Below, piece after piece: positions 9,156 through 18,940 of a DNA stretch of 64,000 nucleotides. This DNA comes from an uncultured virus (IMG/VR IMGVR_UViG_3300037010_000217) (lineage: Duplodnaviria > Heunggongvirae > Uroviricota > Caudoviricetes): IMG/VR virus record IMGVR_UViG_3300037010_000217. One strand, written 5' to 3'. Both the position numbers and the translations under genes were made by a program. The stretch's first letter is position 1. Each line of letters starts with the position of its first letter. The notes beneath the pieces were generated by a model. The model ran no database searches. It was not told where the DNA came from and saw only the letters and a list, made by a program, of their open reading frames with translations.

Positions 9156-10261
9156 GTACAGAAATTAATTATTTAGGAATGTCTGATGAGGACATTCTAG
9201 CAATGGATCTGGAAGACTTGAAAGGGTCTTCTAGCCATACAGCTAATTCTGATGAATCAGTTAGTACATCTGAAGAAGATAATACTGTAAAAGAGTCTAC
9301 AGAAGCTCCTGAAGATACTACTTCTGAAGATGAGGGTGAAGCAGAGCAAACTACAGATACTAATCCAGTTGACGAACAGGAAGTAGCTGAAGAATCTCCG
9401 CATAAAGATGTCTCTACCAAAGATGTCAAAGATGTTTCTAAACCAGAAACAACAATAGACTACAAGGCAGCTTATGAACGGTTACTAGCACCGTTTAAAG
9501 CTAATGGTAAGACTGTACAAGTAGATAGCGTTGAGGACGCTATATCGCTTATGCAAATGGGTGCAAATTACAACAAACGTATGCAGGAATTAAAACCTAA
9601 TTTACGTATTGTGAAGATGCTAGGGGATAACGGACTATTAGATGAAGCTAAACTTAATATGCTTATTGAAGTTGCTCAAGGTAAGCCTGAAGCAATTAAG
9701 AAGCTAGTAGCTGATAGTCAGTTAGATGCGTACTCCCTAGATGCTGAAACGGACTCTAAGTACACACCCAATGATTACCGCGTAAATGACTCACAAATTG
9801 AGTTAGACGAAGTAATTAAGGAGTTACAGGAATCATCAGTATTTACACGTACTGCAGATGTAGTGGGCAACAAATGGGATGCTTCTAGTAGACAGGAGAT
9901 TGCTACTAATCCATCTATCCTTCGAGACATCAATACACACATGGAAACAGGTGTATTTGATATCGTAATGGCAGAGATTGATAAGCAACGTATGTTAGGT
10001 AGAACTCCTAAAGGCATGAATGACTTACAGCTATATGCTAAAACTTTACAGTACTTGGGTGAACTTGAGAGAGCTAAAAATGCTTCTCAAAGCGGTCAAC
10101 AAACTAACAGTAAAGATGAAGTTCGTAATAGTAAGCGTAATGCAGTTGCTGCTACAAAAAGTACTGTTTCTACAAAGAGTTCAGGTACTCCAGACTTTTT
10201 ATCTATGTCAGATGAAGAGTTTGAGCAGTATTCTAAAACTGGTTTGTATAAGACAGTTTAA
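9152..10261 (+). CDS. N4 gp57-like putative scaffolding protein
   Basis: Acidic disordered N-terminus; 'PFKANGK..QV', 'LMQMGANY', C-terminal 'LSMSDEEFE'. Confidence 0.8.
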   Translation: MSTEINYLGMSDEDILAMDLEDLKGSSSHTANSDESVSTSEEDNTVKESTEAPEDTTSEDEGEAEQTTDTNPVDEQEVAEESPHKDVSTKDVKDVSKPETTIDYKAAYERLLAPFKANGKTVQVDSVEDAISLMQMGANYNKRMQELKPNLRIVKMLGDNGLLDEAKLNMLIEVAQGKPEAIKKLVADSQLDAYSLDAETDSKYTPNDYRVNDSQIELDEVIKELQESSVFTRTADVVGNKWDASSRQEIATNPSILRDINTHMETGVFDIVMAEIDKQRMLGRTPKGMNDLQLYAKTLQYLGELERAKNASQSGQQTNSKDEVRNSKRNAVAATKSTVSTKSSGTPDFLSMSDEEFEQYSKTGLYKTV

Positions 10262-10290
10262 GTCTGTTTTAGGTTAAAAGGAATATTATT

Positions 10291-11475
10291 ATGTCTCGTA
10301 TTTTTGGTACAGGCGCTGATGCGTCAATTAACGGTTCTGGTGCAACTCAGCTTCAACCACATTATTACTACAAGAAAGCTCTTATCGACATCGTTAAAGA
10401 GCAACACTTCATGCCTTTGGCTGATGTACGTACTATGCCTAAGAATTTCGGTAAAGTAATTAAACAGTATCACTATCTTCCTTTATTGGATGATCGTAAC
10501 GTAAACGACCAAGGTATTGATGCTACTGGCGCTACCATTGATAACGGTAACTTGTATGGTTCATCTAAAGATATCGGTACTATCTCTGGCAAATTACCTG
10601 CATTATCTGAAACTGGTGGACGTGTAAACCGTGTTGGTTTTAAACGTTTAGAACTTCAAGGTTCTTTTAACAAGTTCGGTTTCTTTGATGAGTATACTCA
10701 AGAGTCTCTAGACTTTGATACTGATGAAGAATTGGAAATGCACGTTACTCGTGAAACTCTTCGTGGTGCTAACTACATGACTGAAGCAGCTTTGCAGATT
10801 GACTTGTTAAATGCTGCTGGTGTAGTTCGTTATGCTGGTGTAGCTACTTCAAATGCTACTATCACTGGTGAAGGTTCTACTCCTTCTGTAGTTTCTTATA
10901 CTGACTTGATGAAGTTAGGTATTACTTTGGATAACAACCGTTGTCCTAAGCAGACTACATATATGAAAGGTTCAACAATGATTGATACCATGACTATTCC
11001 TAGTGCTCGTAGTCTATTTATCGGTACTGAGTTGATTCCTTTAATTCGTGGAATGAAAGATTTGTTTGGTAATCAAGCATTTATTCCTGTACAGCGTTAT
11101 GCTGCTGCTGGTGCAATACTTCCTCACGAATATGGTACTATTGATCAGTTCCGTATCATTGTTAACTTAGATATGGCTAAATGGGCTGGCGCTGGTGCAT
11201 CAGCTACTTCAGCTAATTTGGGTTACCAAACTACTTCTGGTAAGTATGACGTATTCCCAATGTTAACTGTTGGTTCTGGTTCATTTACTTCTATTGGTTT
11301 CCAAACTGATGGTAAAACTGTTAAGTTTGTGATTAAGCATAAGAAACCAAGTGATAATATCACTACTCAAGATCCTTACGGTGAAGTAGGTTTCCATTCT
11401 ATTAAATGGTACTATGGCTTTATGGCTCTACGTCCAGAATGGATTGGTGTTGTTAAAACTGTAGCTCCAGTTTAA
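10291..11475 (+). CDS. Major capsid protein (N4 gp56-like)
   Basis: '[30 protein letters not shown]', '[11 protein letters not shown]', 'DPYGE.GF.SIKWYYG'. Confidence 0.95.
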   Translation: MSRIFGTGADASINGSGATQLQPHYYYKKALIDIVKEQHFMPLADVRTMPKNFGKVIKQYHYLPLLDDRNVNDQGIDATGATIDNGNLYGSSKDIGTISGKLPALSETGGRVNRVGFKRLELQGSFNKFGFFDEYTQESLDFDTDEELEMHVTRETLRGANYMTEAALQIDLLNAAGVVRYAGVATSNATITGEGSTPSVVSYTDLMKLGITLDNNRCPKQTTYMKGSTMIDTMTIPSARSLFIGTELIPLIRGMKDLFGNQAFIPVQRYAAAGAILPHEYGTIDQFRIIVNLDMAKWAGAGASATSANLGYQTTSGKYDVFPMLTVGSGSFTSIGFQTDGKTVKFVIKHKKPSDNITTQDPYGEVGFHSIKWYYGFMALRPEWIGVVKTVAPV

Positions 11476-11485
11476 TAGAGCTAAC

Positions 11486-11511
11486 TAAGTAGAGGGGAAA
11501 CCCTCTACTTA
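11486..11511 (+). terminator. Hairpin after the capsid gene
   Basis: TAAGTAGAGGG-GAAA-CCCTCTACTTA perfect stem with GNRA loop. Confidence 0.75.
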
Positions 11512-11545
11512 TTCATATAATAAACTGATTTAAAGGTAGCAGAAT

Positions 11546-12112
11546 ATGTCTGAAGAAATTATGAATAAAGAAGCTGAACTTCAAGAAGAACCTACATTAG
11601 ATGAGCTTACTATGCTTAAGGCTAGAGCTGATCAGTTAGGTATTAGTTATCACCATAAAGTAGGTTTAGAAAAGCTGCGTAAAATGGTTAATGATGCTAT
11701 TAATGGTGATTCTGAAGAAGCAGATGAAGCTCCTGAAGAGCTTACAGAACAGCAACAACGTATGAAAGTTCGTGAAGATATGATGGCTTTAGTACGTGTT
11801 AATATCCATTGTAATGATCCAGCTAAGAAAGAATGGCCTGGTGAAATTATTACCGTATCTAACTCTGTAATTGAAGCTAAAAAGTATGTTCAGTATGACA
11901 CTACTGAAGGTTATCACATCCCTAAGATTATTTATCTTGCTCTTAAAGATAAAGAGATTCAATTGTTCCGTACAATTAAGTCAGCTAAAGGTGTAGATAT
12001 TAAAGAACCTTATCTAGCTAAAGCATATGCTATTGAGGTACTACCTCCACTTACTCAAAAAGAGTTAGAGCAGTTAGCTGCTGATCAACGTGCTAGACAC
12101 GCTATTGATTAA
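11546..12112 (+). CDS. N4 gp55-like protein
   Basis: 'LKARADQLGISY...LEKLR', 'C.DPAKK..PGEIITV.N', 'IEVLPPLT.KEL..LA'. Confidence 0.8.
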   Translation: MSEEIMNKEAELQEEPTLDELTMLKARADQLGISYHHKVGLEKLRKMVNDAINGDSEEADEAPEELTEQQQRMKVREDMMALVRVNIHCNDPAKKEWPGEIITVSNSVIEAKKYVQYDTTEGYHIPKIIYLALKDKEIQLFRTIKSAKGVDIKEPYLAKAYAIEVLPPLTQKELEQLAADQRARHAID

Positions 12113-12137
12113 TTGATAATAAAGTAACATACCTTTT

Positions 12138-12163
12138 CACCTCCTTAATTGGAGGTGCTTTTT
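12138..12163 (+). terminator. Rho-independent terminator
   Basis: CACCTCC-TTAATT-GGAGGTG followed by a T run. Confidence 0.8.
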
Positions 12164-12184
12164 ACATAAGATTTAGGATAAACC

Positions 12185-13135
12185 ATGTCAATCGAAACTG
12201 ATGCAGCTGACTTTAAAGCTATTGTAAATAATGAACCTACAGCAAATACTTCTGGATTCTTCGTTGAATTAATGACTAGTATTAATGCTTATGTAAAAGG
12301 TGAATACACCTCTGGACGCATTACAGGTACAGAATATGCTAACGTCTATTTAGGAGCTATGCAAAGTGCTTTAGCACAAGCAGTACAATATGCTTCGCAA
12401 AAAGGTACTAGTGATGCTCAAGCAGCTTTACTAACAGCACAGAAAGCTCAAGTAGAAGCTGAAACATCTGTTACAGTTGAGAAGCTTCGTGGTGAAACCT
12501 ACACAGTTGACTACTTAATGCCCTCGCAGCTAAATGAAAGTATAGCTAAAGTATCATCTTTACAAGCTGAAGCTAGTAAAGTAGAAGCTGAAAAACTAGT
12601 AATGTCTGCTAAGGCTGTAAGTGAAGTTTCTAATAAGTCTTTGATTGATGCTCAAGTAAGTAAAGTAGCTCAAGAAAACCAATTAATTGCGCAACAGGTA
12701 GTTACAGAACAGACTAAACGTGAATTGTTAGATGCTCAGAAAAATGATACTACTGCAAATTTAGCTGTGAAGACTGCTGAAGTAAACAAAACTGCTGCTG
12801 AAGTGTCTCTAATACAAGCTAAAGTATTAACAGAAGCTAAGCAACCTGATGCAGTTACAGCTACTGCTGAGCTTACTAGAGCTAAAGCTATTACAGAAGT
12901 ATCTAATAGAGATTCTTTAGCTGCACAGACTACATTGTATAAAACTCAAGCTGCTGCATTTAAAGGTAAACAATCTCTTGATGCTGCATCTAAAATGATT
13001 GATGGTGTAACCATGCTTACTACTTCTAAAGTACCTCCTGAAGAAGTAACTAAGATGGCAGGGTATGTATTTGGTAATTCTGGGGCTATACAATCTGCTA
13101 TGGGTGTTGCTTTAGAATTCCCTAATATAAACTAA
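12185..13135 (+). CDS. N4 gp54-like virion structural protein
   Basis: 'EY.SGRITGTEYANVYLGAMQSAL.QAVQY' plus coiled-coil repeats. Confidence 0.75.
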   Translation: MSIETDAADFKAIVNNEPTANTSGFFVELMTSINAYVKGEYTSGRITGTEYANVYLGAMQSALAQAVQYASQKGTSDAQAALLTAQKAQVEAETSVTVEKLRGETYTVDYLMPSQLNESIAKVSSLQAEASKVEAEKLVMSAKAVSEVSNKSLIDAQVSKVAQENQLIAQQVVTEQTKRELLDAQKNDTTANLAVKTAEVNKTAAEVSLIQAKVLTEAKQPDAVTATAELTRAKAITEVSNRDSLAAQTTLYKTQAAAFKGKQSLDAASKMIDGVTMLTTSKVPPEEVTKMAGYVFGNSGAIQSAMGVALEFPNIN

Positions 13136-13149
13136 GATAGGTTAATACT

Positions 13150-15762
13150 ATGGGATTCTTTAGTGATGACTATAATGTATCTGTAGGGATGTCTGCATCT
13201 GCATTGATTCCTGAAGAGTCCTTTACACCTTTTGCTGCACGTATGGTAGCTTTTTATTTAAAGTATAAGAATCTACCTATGTTTTTTGAAATGGAAAGAG
13301 CTTCAAGCAATAAAACAGGTGTTAATGCTTTAAATAGAGCTATTGAATGGTCTAGAATTAATTATCCAAGAGGAATACCTACAGCTGAAGGAGTTGCATT
13401 AACTGTGGCTTCTAAAGACACAGAAAAAATCGTTTATAACTATTTAGTTGCTAAAGGTACTTTAAAAGGTACTATAGGTAGCTATCCTGCAGGTATGCCT
13501 TTTAATATTTTAAAAGTTAGAGTAGGTACTTTATCTCCTAAAGAGATAGACCAATACGCTTTAGAAAACTTTTTTAAATTTGATCCAAAAACTTTTGAGA
13601 TTACTTACAATGGTTCTAAGTATTTTATAGGCTATAGTGTAACTGATGATGCAGGTGTAACACAAAATAACATTATACGTTTTGTTAATGATAATGGCGC
13701 TACACGTTATAACACGAATGATACAGTATTTATATCTAACACAGAGACTGCTCAAGCAGTTAATGCATATAATGATCTCTATATACCGAGTATAAGTGAA
13801 GCTATAGATTCTTATTTAGCTATACATTATCCTATGAATGATTCTGATGCTACACGAGGAAATCCTAATTACATTACAGCACGTAATGAAATGTTATCTA
13901 AATATGCTAACCAACTTGGTAGAGGATCTTATGTTAGGTATGAACTTTCTAAGGTAAATGAAGTAGCTTTTATATCTACTATTACACTAGATACATCAGT
14001 TAATGTTGCAGATACTATAAATAGTAATGCTATATCCTCTTATAAAGTTGTTTATATACCTATTTATGGAAGTACTTCACAATACCCAGAATTTACTACA
14101 AGTATTGCTAATGTATTTAGAGAAAGTGTATTCCCCCCTGTGCTCTTCTTTAAAGATCCTAGTTATTGGTTAGATCCTGAAGGTACATTTCCCCTTACTA
14201 CTATAACTAGAACTAAAAGGCCTTGTTCTTTAAGGAATAGTTATATAAATAATCTTATAGGTGATCCTCATGAAACCTACAGTAATATTGGTGAATGTCA
14301 TGATGTTAGCGAATCACTGTGGGTTGAAGATAATAACTCTGATAGTGGTGGACATTATATATATACTAGATCAAGTTACTTTGATTTAGATATAACTACA
14401 ACTATAGATACTCTTGGGGGAACTCCGTATGGAGGACATCCTTATGCACATGAAAATGAGGCTATTTTAGATATGCTTGGCTACTCTTATAGAGACTTAT
14501 ATGGGTCACTAAAAGGGAGTTTGCAAGGAAATGGTGATGTACAAACTGTAGCTTTAAACTTTGGTGTTAAATTAAATACTAATAGCACTATAGGTAAAGA
14601 GTACATATATGCATTTATGGAAATGCTATATGAAACTATGGGTAAAGCTCCAGGTAATTATGTAACACAATATTATGATCCAAAATCCCCAGATGCAGGT
14701 TCTTGGGCAATTAGTGATGGTAATTTTTTATTTGGTACTGCCTCAAATGCATTAGGGACATTAAGTAATTCTTTTATAATTAAAGATTTAATATATAATT
14801 ATGTATTATCAGGTACAGTTATTAAAGAAATTATTACAAGTTCAAGTATGCCTGTAGGTACAGTTATAGTTGAGCATGTAGTTACACCTGCGACTACAGT
14901 AAGTAATGGTATGACTAATTCTGAAGATGGTTCTAGTGGATACACTACAATACCTGCATCAGATGATTTAGTAGTAACTAAACAAATATCAGAAACACAA
15001 CAAATTATATACAAAAGTAATGGTTTACAGCAACGACATTCTATTGTAGTAAGACGTAAATGGATGAGTAGTGCTTATACTGCACCTTATGAATATATGT
15101 ATTTTCCTATAGAAATGGGCGTACTTAATACATTAGACAGTATAACAGCAAATGATGTTGTTAAAATGTCCCTAATGACTACGATCTTTGCAGGTGAAGT
15201 ATCTGTAACATCTCCTGCTGATAGTTGGACACAACTAGGCAAAGGGGTTGTAGGAATGATTATTATGGTTTTTTGTGAATCCTGCGCTCCTTATATTATG
15301 GCAGCTATGGCGATGACAATAATGTTATCTCCTGTAATTGCAGAATTTCTTGGTTCTGGCAATATATTCAAACAAATTATTGCAGTGATTCTTATAATTA
15401 TTATTGCTTGGGTTGGTTCAGGTGCTAATAGCTCATGGGATAAAGTACTTAATGCTAAATTTCTAGTTAATACTGTGTCTACTACTTACACAATATATAT
15501 ACAGGGTGAAATAAACTCAATACAAGCTAAGCTTAAAGGATTATCTGAACAATATGATGCAGCATTAAAAAAGATAGAAGAAGAAACTGAAGAATTAGAC
15601 TTGGATCCTTCTATTAACGTAGGTGAAGAATATACTAGATTAGGTCTTGTTGAGTCTATTTCAGGTTTCTTTGCAAGAACTACAGACAGTAGTTATACTA
15701 TGCATTGTTTAAATACAAATAGTGCATTAGATTTAAACGCAAGATTAACATTACCTATTTAA
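13150..15762 (+). CDS. N4 gp53-like virion protein
   Basis: Starts MGFFS; 870 aa with C-terminal hydrophobic helices; synteny. Confidence 0.65.
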   Translation: MGFFSDDYNVSVGMSASALIPEESFTPFAARMVAFYLKYKNLPMFFEMERASSNKTGVNALNRAIEWSRINYPRGIPTAEGVALTVASKDTEKIVYNYLVAKGTLKGTIGSYPAGMPFNILKVRVGTLSPKEIDQYALENFFKFDPKTFEITYNGSKYFIGYSVTDDAGVTQNNIIRFVNDNGATRYNTNDTVFISNTETAQAVNAYNDLYIPSISEAIDSYLAIHYPMNDSDATRGNPNYITARNEMLSKYANQLGRGSYVRYELSKVNEVAFISTITLDTSVNVADTINSNAISSYKVVYIPIYGSTSQYPEFTTSIANVFRESVFPPVLFFKDPSYWLDPEGTFPLTTITRTKRPCSLRNSYINNLIGDPHETYSNIGECHDVSESLWVEDNNSDSGGHYIYTRSSYFDLDITTTIDTLGGTPYGGHPYAHENEAILDMLGYSYRDLYGSLKGSLQGNGDVQTVALNFGVKLNTNSTIGKEYIYAFMEMLYETMGKAPGNYVTQYYDPKSPDAGSWAISDGNFLFGTASNALGTLSNSFIIKDLIYNYVLSGTVIKEIITSSSMPVGTVIVEHVVTPATTVSNGMTNSEDGSSGYTTIPASDDLVVTKQISETQQIIYKSNGLQQRHSIVVRRKWMSSAYTAPYEYMYFPIEMGVLNTLDSITANDVVKMSLMTTIFAGEVSVTSPADSWTQLGKGVVGMIIMVFCESCAPYIMAAMAMTIMLSPVIAEFLGSGNIFKQIIAVILIIIIAWVGSGANSSWDKVLNAKFLVNTVSTTYTIYIQGEINSIQAKLKGLSEQYDAALKKIEEETEELDLDPSINVGEEYTRLGLVESISGFFARTTDSSYTMHCLNTNSALDLNARLTLPI

Positions 15763-15772
15763 GGGGAATAAC

Positions 15773-16201
15773 ATGACAGAATTAAAGAGTTCCTGGGATA
15801 ACTCTAATACTTTTGATCCCGCTGAGGCAACAAGTTTGGCTACCACCAATCCTGCTTACACTATATCTTTAGGGGATGCTTCAAATGCCCCTTGGTTACA
15901 GAAGCTACTCGAACCTGTAGGTGGCTTTTCTGGATTTAAAGATTTAGCTGGTGGTATTGGTAGTTTAGGGAATATGTGGATGGGCAGTCAAGCTTTAGAT
16001 CTAGCTAAAAGAAACTCTGATGCTCAAATTGGTACAATGCGTACTAATTTACATAATACAGCACAAGCTTTTAATTCAACTTTAGGTGATAAATCTAGAT
16101 ATATAGCATCTATGTACGGAAGTCCTGATTCTAATTCACAAGCTTATAAAACTGCATATAATAATTACTATAATCAGTATAAAGCTTCAGAAACAGTATA
16201 A
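15773..16201 (+). CDS. N4 gp52-like small ejection protein
   Basis: Gly-rich amphipathic segment, no Cys, synteny. Confidence 0.6.
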   Translation: MTELKSSWDNSNTFDPAEATSLATTNPAYTISLGDASNAPWLQKLLEPVGGFSGFKDLAGGIGSLGNMWMGSQALDLAKRNSDAQIGTMRTNLHNTAQAFNSTLGDKSRYIASMYGSPDSNSQAYKTAYNNYYNQYKASETV

Positions 16202-16222
16202 TAACTAAAGAGAGGGATTCAT

Positions 16223-18886
16223 ATGGCTCATTTAGCAGCTCCACAGCTACAGTGGCAAGAAGTTAGTGCACCTAATAATAGTACAGGTGTGCGAGATATT
16301 ATGGGTGCTGCTTCACTATTTGATAAAGCTATTCAAGGCTTTACAGATATTGCAGATAGACGTATGGATAAGAATACTGTAGATGCACTAGCTAAGATTA
16401 GAGCTGCTGATCCAACTGGTTTACGTACTGATATTGCTGCACAAGCCTACCAAGATGCTGTAGCTAATGCAGGTGGTAATCTTAACCTAGATAAGTTACA
16501 GACTGGTTATGATGTTCTAGATACACGTATGCAGAACAACCTTAATCAATTCCAAGATAGAAACTTGAAAACCCAAGAAATGTCTAATGCTGAAGATGCT
16601 AGACAAGCTAACTTAGGACTTGAACGCGGTAAACTTGGAGTTCAAGAACAGGCACGTTTAGATCAATTAGCATATCAAAATGCATCTCTTGGTGTACAAA
16701 AATCACAGCAAGCTCTAGCTGCACAGAGATTACAAGCTGAGATGGCTGAAAAGGGTATGGTATTTAGGAATGGTGCATGGGGATTTGATACTTCTACTCC
16801 ATCGACTGCACCTGTAGGCTCTTCAACTAATGCTCTGGGTACACCTACAGATCCTCTAAGTGTTGATGATATGTTCAATCCTGGATCAGGTACATCTCCT
16901 CAAACACCTTCTGTAGGTAGCTCTCCAGCACCTATTTCAAAAACTCCAGTAACATCTAATCCAGTAGATCCAGTAAAACCTACTACACCTGCAGTAGGTG
17001 CTTCACCAGTACCAGTTGTAAAAAATCCAGTAGCAACTACTACAGATAATACAGATGTTGCTAATACACTTACTGCAGCTTTTAATACACCATCTGCAGA
17101 AGATACTACTGCGTATAATCCAGTAAAACCTGCTGAAGCTCCTTTAGCTGCTAATGTCCAAGCAGCTTTAAATAAAGCTGTAGATATGCAGTATAGTGAT
17201 GATCCTAAAATGCAACAAATGGGTAGAGCTATGGAGCAATCTTTAAGAGCTTCTATAGCCCAATCTACTGCACCAGTAAAAACTGGTTATAAAGGTGTAG
17301 ACGTTGAGGGTATGCAGAATTTAGCACAAGCTGCTAAAGATAAACGTGCTGCAGAGATCTTAGCTAATAAAAGTTCAGATAGTGCTTTAGATAGAATCTA
17401 TGGTTCAGCTCAAGAAAATCCTGTAGCAGCATCTCTTACGGGAGCTTTAGCTCTTCCTGCAGCAGTTCTTGGAGCAGGTCCAGAAGCAATTACAAGTGCA
17501 GTAGCTGGCGGTGGTGCTATGCTTAGGAATGGTGCAACTACAGCAGCCACTAAAGTTTTTGATAAGCTTGAACCTTATGCACAAAAAGGTATAAATGCTG
17601 TAGAAAATGTAATCGGTAAAATATCATCACCACTTAAAGGTGAGAGTTTAAGAACTCAAACAGAGAATGCTGTTAAAAATTTAGAAACCTTAAAGGCTGG
17701 TAGTAACGCAACTCCTGAAGCTCTTGCTCAAGCAGAAGCTAAAGCAGCAGAACTGACTAGAAAACTAGGTAATAGAGATATGCTTGGTACTGGCATTGCT
17801 ACAGCAGGTACTGCTTATGGTATTGGCAGTATGCTTGGTGGTGATACTACTCCAACTAAAGATCCAGTAAAAGCAGCTCTAACTGCACCTACTACTACGC
17901 CTACTGGAAGTAACTTACCTGCTACTGTAAATATGCCTGATAGTGAAATAGCTGCAGCAGAACAAGCAGTTAAAGCTGCAGATCAACTTACTCCTGAGAG
18001 TATTAAGGCTCAAGCAGAAGCTGTCAATAAAGATGCTACATTACGTAATACGTATTCACAAACTTTACTTAAGAATGGTTATGTAGTGCAGGATCCTAAA
18101 ACAGGTAAATATAGTCTTGATGAAGCTAATATTGTCCGTGGTTTAGCTAAAGGTGATGTAAATGCTTATATAGCTGCAGAACAGTTTAAAACTAGAACTG
18201 ATGCAAATTATACTGCAGCAGCTGCTGATGTAACTAATATAGAAGCAAAAATTGCCCAGTTAAAAGCTGCTAGACCTGGAATGTCTGCAGCACATCCTAT
18301 GTATAGAGATTTAAATGATCAGCTGATTGATGCTAAGCAACGGCAAGCACTTCTACAAAATACTAGGGAAGCTAAGAGTGGTGTATATGCCAAGTATAAG
18401 GAACAACATGATATTAATGTTTCAGAAAGTACGAAAGCAAGGGATAACCTAAGATCTCTACAGAATGAGCAGCTTAAAACTAACTTAAAACATGCAGGTA
18501 TTATAGAAGATGCTTCTAAGACACCTACGCAAATAGTACAAGATGCTATGTCAGGTACTAAAGAGAAACCTACAATTAATGCAAGTGACTTAACACCTAT
18601 CGTAGACACTGTAACAGCTTATAATAAACAAGCATATGCTAATCATAGACCTACTATGAATCTTAAATACTTAGGTGAATTATTAGAACATGCAAAACGT
18701 GAAGATGATAAATGGCTTAGTACTTCAGATTTTGGTGATGTATTAGCAAATAGTGATGATCCTAGAATTCCTGAAGATTTGCGTAGATATTTTAAAAGTT
18801 TGAAGGGTATGGAATTAAGTGGTGGTTTGGTTGATATGCATGATGACTTTGTAAATAAAGGTAGAACTTTTTTACAAGGTAGATAG
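16223..18886 (+). CDS. N4 gp51-like internal virion/ejection protein
   Basis: 'LQWQEVSAPN' N-terminus; Ala/Gln-rich with Pro/Thr linker; no Cys; directly upstream of vRNAP. Confidence 0.6.
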   Translation: MAHLAAPQLQWQEVSAPNNSTGVRDIMGAASLFDKAIQGFTDIADRRMDKNTVDALAKIRAADPTGLRTDIAAQAYQDAVANAGGNLNLDKLQTGYDVLDTRMQNNLNQFQDRNLKTQEMSNAEDARQANLGLERGKLGVQEQARLDQLAYQNASLGVQKSQQALAAQRLQAEMAEKGMVFRNGAWGFDTSTPSTAPVGSSTNALGTPTDPLSVDDMFNPGSGTSPQTPSVGSSPAPISKTPVTSNPVDPVKPTTPAVGASPVPVVKNPVATTTDNTDVANTLTAAFNTPSAEDTTAYNPVKPAEAPLAANVQAALNKAVDMQYSDDPKMQQMGRAMEQSLRASIAQSTAPVKTGYKGVDVEGMQNLAQAAKDKRAAEILANKSSDSALDRIYGSAQENPVAASLTGALALPAAVLGAGPEAITSAVAGGGAMLRNGATTAATKVFDKLEPYAQKGINAVENVIGKISSPLKGESLRTQTENAVKNLETLKAGSNATPEALAQAEAKAAELTRKLGNRDMLGTGIATAGTAYGIGSMLGGDTTPTKDPVKAALTAPTTTPTGSNLPATVNMPDSEIAAAEQAVKAADQLTPESIKAQAEAVNKDATLRNTYSQTLLKNGYVVQDPKTGKYSLDEANIVRGLAKGDVNAYIAAEQFKTRTDANYTAAAADVTNIEAKIAQLKAARPGMSAAHPMYRDLNDQLIDAKQRQALLQNTREAKSGVYAKYKEQHDINVSESTKARDNLRSLQNEQLKTNLKHAGIIEDASKTPTQIVQDAMSGTKEKPTINASDLTPIVDTVTAYNKQAYANHRPTMNLKYLGELLEHAKREDDKWLSTSDFGDVLANSDDPRIPEDLRRYFKSLKGMELSGGLVDMHDDFVNKGRTFLQGR

Positions 18887-18940
18887 TATGGCATAATGTC
18901 ATCATAGGTATACTAAACTAACAGATCCAAAGGAATAATT